Notes: generated by a model not told the origin, from the letters alone. Positions 19,079 through 28,728 are shown, counted from the stretch's first letter. The stretch is DNA of 64,000 bases from an uncultured Pseudobdellovibrionaceae bacterium (GCA_963803705.1 CAWDNU010000005.1:1-64000), one strand, 5' to 3'. Program-made: numbers and translations.

Positions 19079-19543
19079 TTATTTAGAGCAAGAAAAAATG
19101 TACTTGTTTTCATTTATATTTTCTTTGGCCTGGCAACTAAAAATAACTTTACTGTGCCGAACACTGAAGTTCCACTTATCGTCAGATTTTTTGATATTAT
19201 AGACCGTGCAACAACCATAGGTTGCTTCAACAGATTTTATTGCGACTTTAGAAATATAATCTTTAATAATGGGTAGATCAGATACTGGCTTTTCGCTTGA
19301 ACTAATTATCTTGTCGGTCCAACCATATCGCCCAGGAGCAAATTTTTCTATGACTATATCCTGACTGCCCTCGCCACCTAAAGAATAACGTGTGATAAAC
19401 CTCTCTCTTGTTGCATTTGAGTATTTGGCTTCATATTTACCATCGACTGTAATAACGTTCATAACATCGGGTGGTATCACTAATGAGTTAGCGTTTACGG
19501 TCACTGATATTAAAAAAATATTAGATATAATAAAGAATTTCAT
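19079..19543 (-). CDS. Secreted hypothetical protein
   Basis: 154 aa, signal peptide, four Cys in C-terminal half. Confidence 0.65.
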   Translation of the reverse strand: MKFFIISNIFLISVTVNANSLVIPPDVMNVITVDGKYEAKYSNATRERFITRYSLGGEGSQDIVIEKFAPGRYGWTDKIISSSEKPVSDLPIIKDYISKVAIKSVEATYGCCTVYNIKKSDDKWNFSVRHSKVIFSCQAKENINENKYIFSCSK

Positions 19544-19660
19544 AAACTAAAATCATAAATGTAATTGCATTAGACCCGCAACCAATTATTTTAAAATTAA
19601 ACGGCAGGGTGAGTTAGAGACATATGTATGGCAATTTATAACAAAAAACGACGGTCGTTA

Positions 19661-19987
19661 CTAAGCAGCCGTTTCTTCATCAAGCATGTGGATATAATTT
19701 AAGACCTTTCCAATATTTTCTAAAGTAGGGTTTGAATTTGGTTCACACATTCTGTAAAGAGTGCTTTTTGAAAGTCCAGTTTTTTTAGTGATCTCACTGT
19801 ATTCATTTTGCTCTAAGAGAATCGCAATACAGCCTTTAAATGTGTCGTAATCAGCTTCAAAAAGAGCTTCGATAATAGCTTCTTTCAGACCATGAATGGA
19901 AACATCCGTTCCAACTTTATACTCTTTTGCTAATGATTTCTCTTTTAAGGATTTTTCGGGCTTTTTCAATATCTTTTTTTTGCGCAT
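19661..19987 (-). CDS. Addiction-module antidote protein (HTH)
   Basis: SEITKKTGLSKSTLYRMCEPNSNPTLENI; AGGAGG RBS; downstream of toxin. Confidence 0.85.
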   Translation of the reverse strand: MRKKKILKKPEKSLKEKSLAKEYKVGTDVSIHGLKEAIIEALFEADYDTFKGCIAILLEQNEYSEITKKTGLSKSTLYRMCEPNSNPTLENIGKVLNYIHMLDEETAA

Positions 19988-20219
19988 TTTTAATTCCTCC
20001 TAAAAGGACAAGAGTCAATTCGTGTTTTGCAATCAATGAGTAATAAACTCTTCGTCCGTTCTTCCATTTTAATTCTAGAAGTTTTTCTCCAAGAGCTTTA
20101 TGGTCGCCAAAGTAATCAAAAAGCTCTATATTCTTTAAGCGTGCATCAATCTGAGCTTTTGATTTTTCAGTTTGCTTTCTAAACCAATCAATAAATTCAG
20201 GTGTACGCTCAATATTCAC
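19917..20219 (-). CDS. RelE/ParE-family addiction-module killer protein (HI1419-like)
   Basis: TPEFIDWF...IDARL...FGDHKALG...LELKWKNGRRVYY...LLGG; start reassigned to GTG 20219 because the upstream extension overlaps the promoter. Confidence 0.85.
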   Translation of the reverse strand: MNIERTPEFIDWFRKQTEKSKAQIDARLKNIELFDYFGDHKALGEKLLELKWKNGRRVYYSLIAKHELTLVLLGGIKNAQKKDIEKARKILKREIISKRV

Positions 20220-20225
20220 ACTCCA

Positions 20226-20254
20226 ATATTCCCATATATAGGAATATGTGTCAA
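20226..20254 (-). promoter_or_regulatory. Promoter/operator of second TA operon
   Basis: Minus strand TTGACA-N17-GAATAT-N6-GTG overlapped by palindrome ATATTCC-N8-GGAATAT. Confidence 0.65.
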
Positions 20255-20291
20255 TCACTAGATTGTTTATTTGGAGATATGGTATACAAAA

Positions 20292-20320
20292 GTTCTAAAT
20301 TCATTCCATCTGGCGGGCCA
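20292..20320 (+). repeat. att-like site copy 4
   Basis: GTTCTAAATTCATTCCATCTGGCGGGCCA (consensus). Confidence 0.92.
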
Positions 20321-20442
20321 ATAATCTTGCTTAAATTATATCGAGACCTTTTTTAATCTTGTGGTAGACGTCGAATTAAAATAGTTAAAATGATCATCAT
20401 AACTTTTAAGATTATTACCCAAATTGATCATAATCCTATCAG

Positions 20443-20805
20443 TTAAAAGCCAAACAAAATCTTTGCGGCCTTAATTGAGACATGTCTTCTTTTTATACCT
20501 TTTGGGTCGACGATGCCATTGCCTGTAGAGCCATAATAGATGCCAACAATCTCGCCTTTTTCATTAACTGTTAATGAACCACTGTTCCCAGGACCACCAT
20601 CAGCACTTGATAAAAATGTACTGTCCGAGTCAAATTCAAGAATTTTTCCGCAGGAGACTCTTAAATCGTAATGAGCATCTTCATATTTATACTTTTTTTT
20701 ATTCTCTTCAAGCCTAGCAGTCCTCATAGTAAATCCTAATACGAAGATTCTTTCATCAACATTTGGAAATTCAAATTCGTTAGGATGAAATAGACCTTCA
20801 GCCAT
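20443..20805 (-). pseudogene. C-terminal fragment of trypsin-like serine protease
   Basis: GPGNSGS...GEIVGI catalytic-Ser motif; only 120 aa, N-terminal His/Asp half missing. Confidence 0.65.
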
Positions 20806-21004
20806 GATTAACCTCGGGGTTAGAGAAAGACCGTGTCTTAATCAAGATGAATAGCATCTGCTGTAAATGTAGCTTATTCAAAGTTTAAGCGAAAGTCTAT
20901 GATCGATCAGACATCCAAATTTTCCATAATAAAGTTTGTGATTTAATTCAATAAATAAGAGTTCTCGAGCTTTTCAAGGAACTATGAATTGGTTTGTATA
21001 AAAA

Positions 21005-21033
21005 GTTCTAAATTCGGTCCATCTAGCGGGCCA
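21005..21033 (+). repeat. att-like site copy 5 (distal boundary)
   Basis: GTTCTAAATTCGGTCCATCTAGCGGGCCA (3 mismatches). Confidence 0.88.
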
Positions 21034-21080
21034 ACTTAACTTTTCTTAGAAAATACAAATTAGGTTATTCCTTCAAAGTA

Positions 21081-21740
21081 TCAGATAGCATGATCAAAAA
21101 ACAAATTTACTTTCGAACTTTGAGCCAGTTTTTCCAGATAGGCTCGAAGCTTATTTGGCCACTTTAAGTCCTTAACGGTGGTTAGATTTCTAAGTGTGGC
21201 AAAGATATGAAAATCGTCTATGTGCAATTCTTCAATGTAAAAGCGACCATTTTCCAACATAAGATTCTCTAAATATTTCAATTCAGATTCAGCCTTTTCC
21301 ATCAGCGTCGCAGTACGCTTTAAGGCATCAGAAAATGAACCAATGTTAGTTTTCTCTTTTTTGTTCTGAAAATAATCTTTTGCACTTTGGGTTTTAAATT
21401 CATCAAGTGGCATTTGCACCCATCTAGGCATTGCTAAGTCGTAAGCAAAATTTCTAGAGCTGTAAAGCCAGTCTTTGATTTCTTGTTTAGGTGAACTGTA
21501 CGAGATAATAGATCCGCCACCAAACTTTGTGTCGACATACTTAATTATATCCAAGCTTTCGCCCATGAAACTATCCTCTTTTTTTTGCAGAATAGGTAGC
21601 TCTTTAACCCCAATCATTTTTACAGGGGTCTGTTCATCGTCGTTCAGTAAGATTTCGCTTTTAAAATCTATGTCTTTTAACCCGAAAATCATCCGAGCTT
21701 TAGCGCAATAAGGGCAATGATCGTAGTGATAAAGTTTCAT
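21081..21740 (-). CDS. grxB: Glutaredoxin 2
   Basis: MKLYHYDHCPYCAKARMIFGLK, MGESLDI. Confidence 0.93.
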   Translation of the reverse strand: MKLYHYDHCPYCAKARMIFGLKDIDFKSEILLNDDEQTPVKMIGVKELPILQKKEDSFMGESLDIIKYVDTKFGGGSIISYSSPKQEIKDWLYSSRNFAYDLAMPRWVQMPLDEFKTQSAKDYFQNKKEKTNIGSFSDALKRTATLMEKAESELKYLENLMLENGRFYIEELHIDDFHIFATLRNLTTVKDLKWPNKLRAYLEKLAQSSKVNLFFDHAI

Positions 21741-21777
21741 TGGTGCTCCAGCGTAAAATTAATATTATAACTTTAAA

Positions 21778-23154
21778 TTATTTATAAATTTTAAATTCAT
21801 TGTTCTTTAATTTTCTAAAGTATTCCTTGGTCTCGGTTCGGACCACTTTGTTCAAACACAAAATAGCGAAAACATTAGGTATAACCATCAATCCAAACAT
21901 CATATCAGAAAATGACAAAATTGGTTTTAAACTCCAGATAGAACCCACGAAGGCCAAAACACAAAACAAAATTTTGTAAGGAATTATTGACTTTGCACCA
22001 AGCACATATTCGCATGCGATTTGGCCGTAATAGGACCAGCTGAGCATGGTTGAATAAGCAAACAGAAAAACAGCTACCGGAACAAAGTACTGACCGAAAC
22101 CTGGTATCACTTCGTTAAATGCCATGGCTGTTATAATAGAACCGTCTCCAGAATTTGGCTCCATCCAAACGCCAGAGATTAGAATCACAAGGGCCGTCAT
22201 GGTACAAATAACAATTGTATCCACAAAGGGTTCAAGTAGTGCAACCACGCCTTCTCGTACAGGTTCTTTGGTAGTTGCGGCAGAATGTGCGATAGGGGAT
22301 GAGCCCATGCCTGCTTCATTAGAAAAGCAAGCCCTTCGTACACCTTGCACAAAAACTTCTCGGACCACGACGCCTTGAAAACCACCTATGGCTGAAGTTC
22401 CTGTGAAAGCGTCTATGATTATAGTTAAAAGAAGTTCAGGGACAACACCGATATTAGTTACGATAACGATAAGCGCCCCAATAAAATAAATACCTGCCAT
22501 GACGGGTATCAATTTAGAGGTCACACTTCCTATTCTTTTGATACCACCGATAATCACAACGCCCGTCATCAACGATAAGGTTAGACCTGTGATCCAGGGG
22601 GTGATGTCAAAGTTTTGCTTTAAAATTGTTGCCACTTGGTTAGTCTGAAACATTCCAGCTGCACCAAAAGATGCGAAGGTAGTTGCTACAGCAAAAAAAA
22701 TTGCTAGTGGTTTAAATTTCGGTCCAAGTCCATGCACAATATAATACATAGGGCCGCCGTGAACGGTGCCATTAGGTTCAATAGTTCTATACTTTATAGC
22801 TAGCGTGCTCTCGGCAAATTTTGTAGCCATCCCTAAAAAACCAGTAATGATCATCCAAAAAACGGCGCCTGGTCCACCCACACTTATTGCGACCGCAACA
22901 CCTGCAATATTTCCTAAGCCTACAGTCGCTGATAAAGCGGTTGTTAACGCTTGAAAGTGCGAAATTTCACCTTCATCTTCTGGAGAAGTAAATTTGCCCT
23001 GGATAACATCAAGTGCGTGCCTGAATCCTTTTAACTGAATACCACCTAGCATCAAAGTAAAAACCAGACCAGTGCCTAACAAACCATAGACCATAGGAAG
23101 ACCCCAAATATAACCAACTGCCGTGTTTAAAAAACTGTTAATGGTTTCGACCAT
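21778..23154 (-). CDS. Sodium:alanine/glycine symporter (AGCS family)
   Basis: ALSATVGLGNIAGVA, GGPGAVFWM, GGPMYYI, FSNEAGMGS. Confidence 0.93.
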   Translation of the reverse strand: MVETINSFLNTAVGYIWGLPMVYGLLGTGLVFTLMLGGIQLKGFRHALDVIQGKFTSPEDEGEISHFQALTTALSATVGLGNIAGVAVAISVGGPGAVFWMIITGFLGMATKFAESTLAIKYRTIEPNGTVHGGPMYYIVHGLGPKFKPLAIFFAVATTFASFGAAGMFQTNQVATILKQNFDITPWITGLTLSLMTGVVIIGGIKRIGSVTSKLIPVMAGIYFIGALIVIVTNIGVVPELLLTIIIDAFTGTSAIGGFQGVVVREVFVQGVRRACFSNEAGMGSSPIAHSAATTKEPVREGVVALLEPFVDTIVICTMTALVILISGVWMEPNSGDGSIITAMAFNEVIPGFGQYFVPVAVFLFAYSTMLSWSYYGQIACEYVLGAKSIIPYKILFCVLAFVGSIWSLKPILSFSDMMFGLMVIPNVFAILCLNKVVRTETKEYFRKLKNNEFKIYK

Positions 23155-23340
23155 AATTGTCTCCGATATGGTGAATATAATTTTGGCATCATCTGCCTCT
23201 TTTCAAAATTTATATTTGGACGATTTTAAAAAAAAATAGTTTATAAAAAAAAGCAGCAATATCCAAGGAACTAAGTGCCAGGGGCTGGTTCAATTGCAGC
23301 CATATCATGAAGTTAATGCAACATTCGTAAGCTGGGCCTG

Positions 23341-24702
23341 CTAAAGAACTAACCAGGGAAAAGCCCAGATTAGACTTATAGTCAGGATTTGCAAAGCTAT
23401 AAACGGAAGAACTCCTTTATAAATGTCTTTTGTTGTGACCTCTTTTGGCGCAACTCCTCGTAAATAGAACAAGCTAAAGCCAAATGGCGGAGTCAAAAAT
23501 GAGGTCTGCAAATTGAGTGCTATAAGAACCCCTAACCAAACAGGATCATACCCCATCTGGATCAGCACTGGTCCAACGATTGGTAGCACGACGAAGCAAA
23601 TTTCGAAAAAATCTAAAAAGAAACCTAGAAGAAAAATAAAAACCATAACACTGAGTAAACACCAAAACGGAGTTTGAGAAAAATTCAGTAACAGCGAGTG
23701 AATTGAATCATCGCCACCTATTCCTCTAAAAACTATAGAAAACACGCTAGCCCCTATCAAAATAGCAAAAATCATCGATGTAATTTGTAGCGTTTGATCA
23801 CAAGTTGCTTTTATCAACTTGTGACTAATTCTTTTTTTTATCAAAGCGATCAAAAGTACCCCTATGCAACCAACACTTGCAGCCTCGGTTGGTGTCGCAA
23901 CTCCAAACAGGATAGATCCCAAGACGCTAACTATCAGAATTAGTGGGGGTACAAGGCTTTTCAAAGCAGATGCAAGACTTAAAACATCAGACTCATTATT
24001 TTGTTCCTCTTCACTTAAAGTTTGAATATTTTGATTGAAACTGCAAATTATGACTACATAAACAATATAAAGACTTACCAATATTGCGCCCGGGATAAGT
24101 GAGCCTAAGAAAAGATCTCCTACGGAAACAGTCTTGAATTCGAAGGCCCCCATTTGAATTTGGGCCTGTTGGTTTGCTGAACTCATAACATCACCAAGAA
24201 TAATCAAAACTAAACTTGGTGGAATTATTTGGCCCAAAGTTCCTGAAGCACAGATCATTCCAGCGGATAAAGCTGGTGGATATTTTTTTTTGAGCAGTAT
24301 GGGTAGCGAAATTAAACCCATCGAAACAACCGTAGCTCCAACTATACCTGTGCTTGCTGCCAGCAGTGCGCCGACCACGAAAACAGAAATAGCAAGACCT
24401 GATCTGATACGAGCAAATATTCTAGTTATCCCCAGAAGCAGATCTTCAGATATTTTAACGGCCTCCATGAAAATCCCCATAAATACAAAAAGTGGTATTG
24501 CCACCAAGGATTCATTGGTCATGATGCCGAAAATTCTTTCCGGTAAGGCTGATAAAAAAATCGGGTCAAAGTGACCTAATCCGAAAGCTATGGCTGCAAA
24601 AATTAAGGCACTACCAGCTAACGTAAAGGCTACAGGAAACCCTAGACTTAGCGCTAAAAGAGTTACAACGAACATTGATGGTGCGAGTAAAGCATCAAGC
24701 AT
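23341..24702 (-). CDS. dctM: TRAP transporter large permease
   Basis: AIPLFVFMG, SGTLGQIIPPS, QTSFLTPPFG. Confidence 0.93.
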   Translation of the reverse strand: MLDALLAPSMFVVTLLALSLGFPVAFTLAGSALIFAAIAFGLGHFDPIFLSALPERIFGIMTNESLVAIPLFVFMGIFMEAVKISEDLLLGITRIFARIRSGLAISVFVVGALLAASTGIVGATVVSMGLISLPILLKKKYPPALSAGMICASGTLGQIIPPSLVLIILGDVMSSANQQAQIQMGAFEFKTVSVGDLFLGSLIPGAILVSLYIVYVVIICSFNQNIQTLSEEEQNNESDVLSLASALKSLVPPLILIVSVLGSILFGVATPTEAASVGCIGVLLIALIKKRISHKLIKATCDQTLQITSMIFAILIGASVFSIVFRGIGGDDSIHSLLLNFSQTPFWCLLSVMVFIFLLGFFLDFFEICFVVLPIVGPVLIQMGYDPVWLGVLIALNLQTSFLTPPFGFSLFYLRGVAPKEVTTKDIYKGVLPFIALQILTISLIWAFPWLVL

Positions 24703-24705
24703 TTT

Positions 24706-25209
24706 CTAGCCCTGTTTTTTATATATCAACTTAAAGTGTTTTAGGACAATAGATACTGACTGTAAAAATATCAAAATACAAAAAATAGGTATTAAAGACT
24801 TTAAAATAAACCTACCTGGCAAGCCGCCCGCATCTGAAGAAGACTCTAAAATCAAAAGGCTAGATTTTACATAAGGAAGTGACTTAAAAAAAATTAATAA
24901 AGTCACAGGCCATGCGAAAAATAAACATCCAAAGATTTCAACTTTGCTTTTAGTTGTCTTAGAAAATTTATTGTAAAAAACGTCGACCCTAACATGGGTG
25001 TTTTTCAATAGACTATAAGCAAGCCCAAAAGTAAAAAATGTAGCGTGAAAATAAATAATAAGTTCTTGAAGCCAAACACGACCAAACCCGAATACATATC
25101 TTAAAACAACAACTAAAAATGTGAGTGCCACCATCGGTAAGATTATTAGGGACGCTGTCTCACCGACTTTACGGCTAGTTTTATCTACAAGCGCGTTTAA
25201 AGTAGGCAT
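24706..25209 (-). CDS. dctQ: TRAP transporter small permease
   Basis: 4 TM, HVRVDVFY. Confidence 0.9.
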   Translation of the reverse strand: MPTLNALVDKTSRKVGETASLIILPMVALTFLVVVLRYVFGFGRVWLQELIIYFHATFFTFGLAYSLLKNTHVRVDVFYNKFSKTTKSKVEIFGCLFFAWPVTLLIFFKSLPYVKSSLLILESSSDAGGLPGRFILKSLIPIFCILIFLQSVSIVLKHFKLIYKKQG

Positions 25210-25290
25210 TCGGTGGTCACTCCTTTTCTGAGAAATTTATAATCAAAGTAAATAGGAAAATCCAACTAGTTGATTGAATCTAAAATTACA

Positions 25291-26400
25291 TTAAAGTTTG
25301 CGTGCGGCAGAAAAAGCTGCCTCGGAAACCTCGTTCCATTGGTATGAAACCTTTAGAGCTCTTTCAAAAGAATCAAAAATTTTCCTACTGATTTCATCTT
25401 TGCGCGAAATTTTTAAAATAGTATCATTAGAAATTTCATGTAACTTTTTTAAAATCTCATCGGGAAATTTCTTTAGGATGACTTTTTCCTTCACCACTAA
25501 CGTTTTTAAAGCTTCTGCGTTTTTTAGATAATATTCTGACATCATGTCTAAGTTTGCACATTTACACGCATATTCTACGACCAATTTTAGATGCTTTGGC
25601 AAAGTCTCGAAGGCGTTTTTGTTTATCAAAGCTTCAATTGCAGAACCTGGTTCATGCCAGCCTGGCCAGTAGTAAAATTTAGCGGCCTTGTGTAGACCCA
25701 TTGCTAGGTCGTTGTAAGGGCCAACCCACTCTGCACCATCAATGGTGCCAGATTTTAAAGCCTGAAAAATTTCGCCTCCGGGAATCGAAACTACAACAGA
25801 ACCAAGCTCTGAAATAACTCTTCCCCCTAAACCAGGCATTCTGACCTTCAACCCTTTAAAATCTTCGAATGAATCCAAGGACTTATTAAACCAGCCACCC
25901 ATTTGCACGCCGGTATTACCTACACAAAAGGGTTTTATACCAAATGGCTCATAAAGCTGGTCCCATAAAGGTTGGCCACCTCCATAGTGAATCCAAGAAT
26001 TCATTTCGTGTGCGTTTAAGCCGAAAGGTATCGAAGCGAAAAACGACGTGGCCTCGTGCTTTCCTTGCCAGTAATATGCAGCACCGTGACCTATTTCAGC
26101 AGTTCCTCGTTGAACAGCATCAAAAACTTCTAATGCCGGAACAATTTCGCCAGCTCCGAAAACCTTAATTTCGATGGCTCCATCGGACAGCTCATTTATA
26201 TATTGGGCGAGCTTGGCTGCACCAATTCCTAGCCCAGGAAAGTTTTTAGGCCACGTGGTGATCATCTTCCAATTAAACTTTTCATTTTTTTTTGGCTTCA
26301 CAGCAGATGTTGAAGACTCCTTTTTAGTGCAACCGCCCAAGGCCACTTGCGAGGCGAAGGCTAATGATCCTGTTTGGATGAATTTTCGACGCGTGCTCAT
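25291..26400 (-). CDS. dctP: TRAP substrate-binding protein (TakP-like, Tat signal)
   Basis: RRKFI twin-Arg; GNTGVQMGGWF, YYWPGWHEPG. Confidence 0.9.
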   Translation of the reverse strand: MSTRRKFIQTGSLAFASQVALGGCTKKESSTSAVKPKKNEKFNWKMITTWPKNFPGLGIGAAKLAQYINELSDGAIEIKVFGAGEIVPALEVFDAVQRGTAEIGHGAAYYWQGKHEATSFFASIPFGLNAHEMNSWIHYGGGQPLWDQLYEPFGIKPFCVGNTGVQMGGWFNKSLDSFEDFKGLKVRMPGLGGRVISELGSVVVSIPGGEIFQALKSGTIDGAEWVGPYNDLAMGLHKAAKFYYWPGWHEPGSAIEALINKNAFETLPKHLKLVVEYACKCANLDMMSEYYLKNAEALKTLVVKEKVILKKFPDEILKKLHEISNDTILKISRKDEISRKIFDSFERALKVSYQWNEVSEAAFSAARKL

Positions 26401-26489
26401 AATTCGGTACTCCTAACAATCGGCTACAAATGTGGTAAGTCTAAATAATAATTTTGATTAATATAAGTCTCGTAGCACAAGGAGTAATT

Positions 26490-27857
26490 ATGAAAGATTT
26501 TATATCAACGAACCCTAAAACTCAAAAACAACTGAAAGCTTATAAGCAGGCCTCAGATGCAGAAGTAAGCGAAGCGATTTCTAATGGCGACAAAGCTTTC
26601 AACGAGTGGAAGGCTGTGAGCATTGAAATAAAGAAGACGTTGTTCAAAAATCTGGCTGAATTACTGAAGCATGAAAAAGAAAGTTTGGCTCAAATGGCAG
26701 TAGACGAAATGGGTAAGCCACTGAGCCAAGCCATATCAGAAGTTGAAAAGTGTAGACTAGCTTGCACATACTATATTGAAAACGCCGAAAAAAACTTACA
26801 GCCCAGGACTATCAAAACCGAAGCCACTAAGTCCACGGTATATTTTGAGCCTTTGGGTTGCTTACTATCAGTAATGCCATGGAACTTTCCCTACTGGCAG
26901 GTTTTGAGGTGTGCTATTCCATCGATTATTTCTGGTAACGTTATGATTCTAAAACATGCATCAAATGTTTCGGGTTGTGCACTAATGATCGAAGAGCTTT
27001 TTAAGAAGGCTGGATTTCCTGATTCGGTTTTCAAAACTCTACTTATAAGTTCTGATAGAGTTGAAAATTTAATTTCTGATTTTAGGATAAAGGGCGTCTC
27101 GCTGACAGGAAGCACAGAGGCCGGCCGAAAGGTTGCCGAACTTGCTGGCAAACATTTGAAAAAATTAGTTTTAGAACTAGGTGGCAGCGATCCTTACATT
27201 ATCCTAGAGGATGCCGACCTGGATTTAGCAGTTAAAAACTGTATGAATAGCAGACTTCAGAATAATGGCCAAAGCTGCATAGCTGCAAAGCGTTTCATCG
27301 TAGTGGACAAAATATATGATGAGTTTAAGAGCAAAATTGTAGAATTCGCTAAAAACAATGTAAATATTAAGTCAGCAGAAAACTATATTGAGTTAGGACC
27401 TCAGGCAAGAATTGACCTAAAAGAAAGTCTTGAAGATCAAGTCCGCGAGGCCGTGAAACAAGGTGCCAAAGTTTTTTATCAAGGTGACCTTGAAGATGCA
27501 GCGGCGTTTTATCCAGTGACTATGCTTGAAAATATCGAAAAATCAAATTCGGCTTATGAGCAAGAATTTTTTGGTCCCGTTGCCCTGGTTTTTAAAGTTA
27601 AAAGTGTTGACCAGGCTGTGGAGCTAGCAAATGACACCCCATTTGGTTTAGGAGCAGCAATTTTTTCTAGTGATGTGGAGTCTGCGATTGAAATTGCAGC
27701 CCACAGAATTAGTGCTGGTAGTTGCTTTGTAAACAGCATGGTAAAGTCTAACCCCAAACTTCCTTTCGGAGGCATAAATGACAGTGGCTACGGACGTGAA
27801 TTGTCCGAACACGGCCTTTTCGAATTTGTAAATGTTAAGACCGTAAGCATAGGTTGA
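26490..27857 (+). CDS. NAD-dependent succinate-semialdehyde dehydrogenase family aldehyde dehydrogenase
   Basis: MPWNFP, LTGS, LELGGSDP, GQSCIAAKR, EFFGP; GGAG RBS before ATG 26490. Confidence 0.9.
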   Translation: MKDFISTNPKTQKQLKAYKQASDAEVSEAISNGDKAFNEWKAVSIEIKKTLFKNLAELLKHEKESLAQMAVDEMGKPLSQAISEVEKCRLACTYYIENAEKNLQPRTIKTEATKSTVYFEPLGCLLSVMPWNFPYWQVLRCAIPSIISGNVMILKHASNVSGCALMIEELFKKAGFPDSVFKTLLISSDRVENLISDFRIKGVSLTGSTEAGRKVAELAGKHLKKLVLELGGSDPYIILEDADLDLAVKNCMNSRLQNNGQSCIAAKRFIVVDKIYDEFKSKIVEFAKNNVNIKSAENYIELGPQARIDLKESLEDQVREAVKQGAKVFYQGDLEDAAAFYPVTMLENIEKSNSAYEQEFFGPVALVFKVKSVDQAVELANDTPFGLGAAIFSSDVESAIEIAAHRISAGSCFVNSMVKSNPKLPFGGINDSGYGRELSEHGLFEFVNVKTVSIG

Positions 27858-28089
27858 AGACCTCACACAAGATAAAGTTTAAAACTTTAAATTAGCTAGC
27901 ACAGCATTTAGTTTTATTAAAATTTTGTGTCCGACCTTGCGCGAAAGCTTAAGTAAGCGCGTTGTGTCCACATTTTAAAATGTGTAATTATTTTTACGTC
28001 TTTAAAAATAATCGACAACACCTAACCGCTTACGAAGCCTAGAATTGTTATTTAAGAAACCCTTCTACACACATCAAGGAGATTAGCAA

Positions 28090-28647
28090 ATGAGTTCTTC
28101 AGATACAGACCATAATGGTCCGATGACAGGTAAAAAAGTTGCATTTATAGTTACGCACGGCTTTGAGCAGTCGGAATTGGATGTACCAATGCAAAATTTA
28201 GAAAAAGAAGGTGCTGAAATTGACATTCTTTCAATCGATTTGGGTGAAGTTAAATCTTGGAAGGATGGAAATTGGAGCGACAGTTACGATGTGAAAAACA
28301 GAGTAGACAAAGCTTCTAATGATTATGATCTGGTGGTTCTTCCAGGGGGCGTAATAAATCCCGACCAATTACGACAAGATAAAGATGTATTAAGATTTTT
28401 AAAAAAGCATTCGGAAGACGGCAAACCCATTGCAGCAATCTGTCATGGTCTTTGGACGTTAATCGACGCGGGCCTTGTTAAAGGTAAAAAAGTAACTTCT
28501 TATAATTCATTGAAAACAGACCTGCAGAATGCTGGCGCACATTGGGTCGATGAGCCTGTTGTTGAAGATTCCGGTTTAATTTCTAGCAGGCTTCCCAAAG
28601 ATCTAGACGCATTTAACAAGAAGATTATAAGTTACTTTGCATCATGA
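28090..28647 (+). CDS. PfpI/DJ-1 family protein
   Basis: GFEQSEL, LPGGVINPD, AAICHG. Confidence 0.92.
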   Translation: MSSSDTDHNGPMTGKKVAFIVTHGFEQSELDVPMQNLEKEGAEIDILSIDLGEVKSWKDGNWSDSYDVKNRVDKASNDYDLVVLPGGVINPDQLRQDKDVLRFLKKHSEDGKPIAAICHGLWTLIDAGLVKGKKVTSYNSLKTDLQNAGAHWVDEPVVEDSGLISSRLPKDLDAFNKKIISYFAS

Positions 28648-28728
28648 TAAAATCAAAAAATTGTAAGAAGATTTGGACTAGCTGACGCGACCAAATCTTT
28701 CTATTGAAATTAGGACTGGCTAAGGAAT

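Larger units (their letters stand above)
15481..21033. mobile_element. tRNA-Arg-anchored array of five gene units, each closed by a 29-bp att-like site
   Basis: Five direct repeats ending in the tRNA 3' end; accessory cargo; no integrase. Confidence 0.7.

Noticed and set aside
19571..19597. Weak inverted resemblance to the site between the two modules of unit 4
   Set aside because: Only CCCGC plus AT-rich bases align, and gaps are needed
16657..21033. 29-bp repeats as a CRISPR array
   Set aside because: Intervals are 0.7-1.5 kb and contain whole genes; no cas genes
16657..21033. Repeats as integron attC or XerCD dif/pdif sites
   Set aside because: No RYYYAAC...GTTRRRY palindrome, no 11-6-11 dif symmetry or TTATGTTAAAT arm, no intI
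23155..23340. Glycine riboswitch upstream of the alanine/glycine symporter
   Set aside because: No recognisable aptamer core
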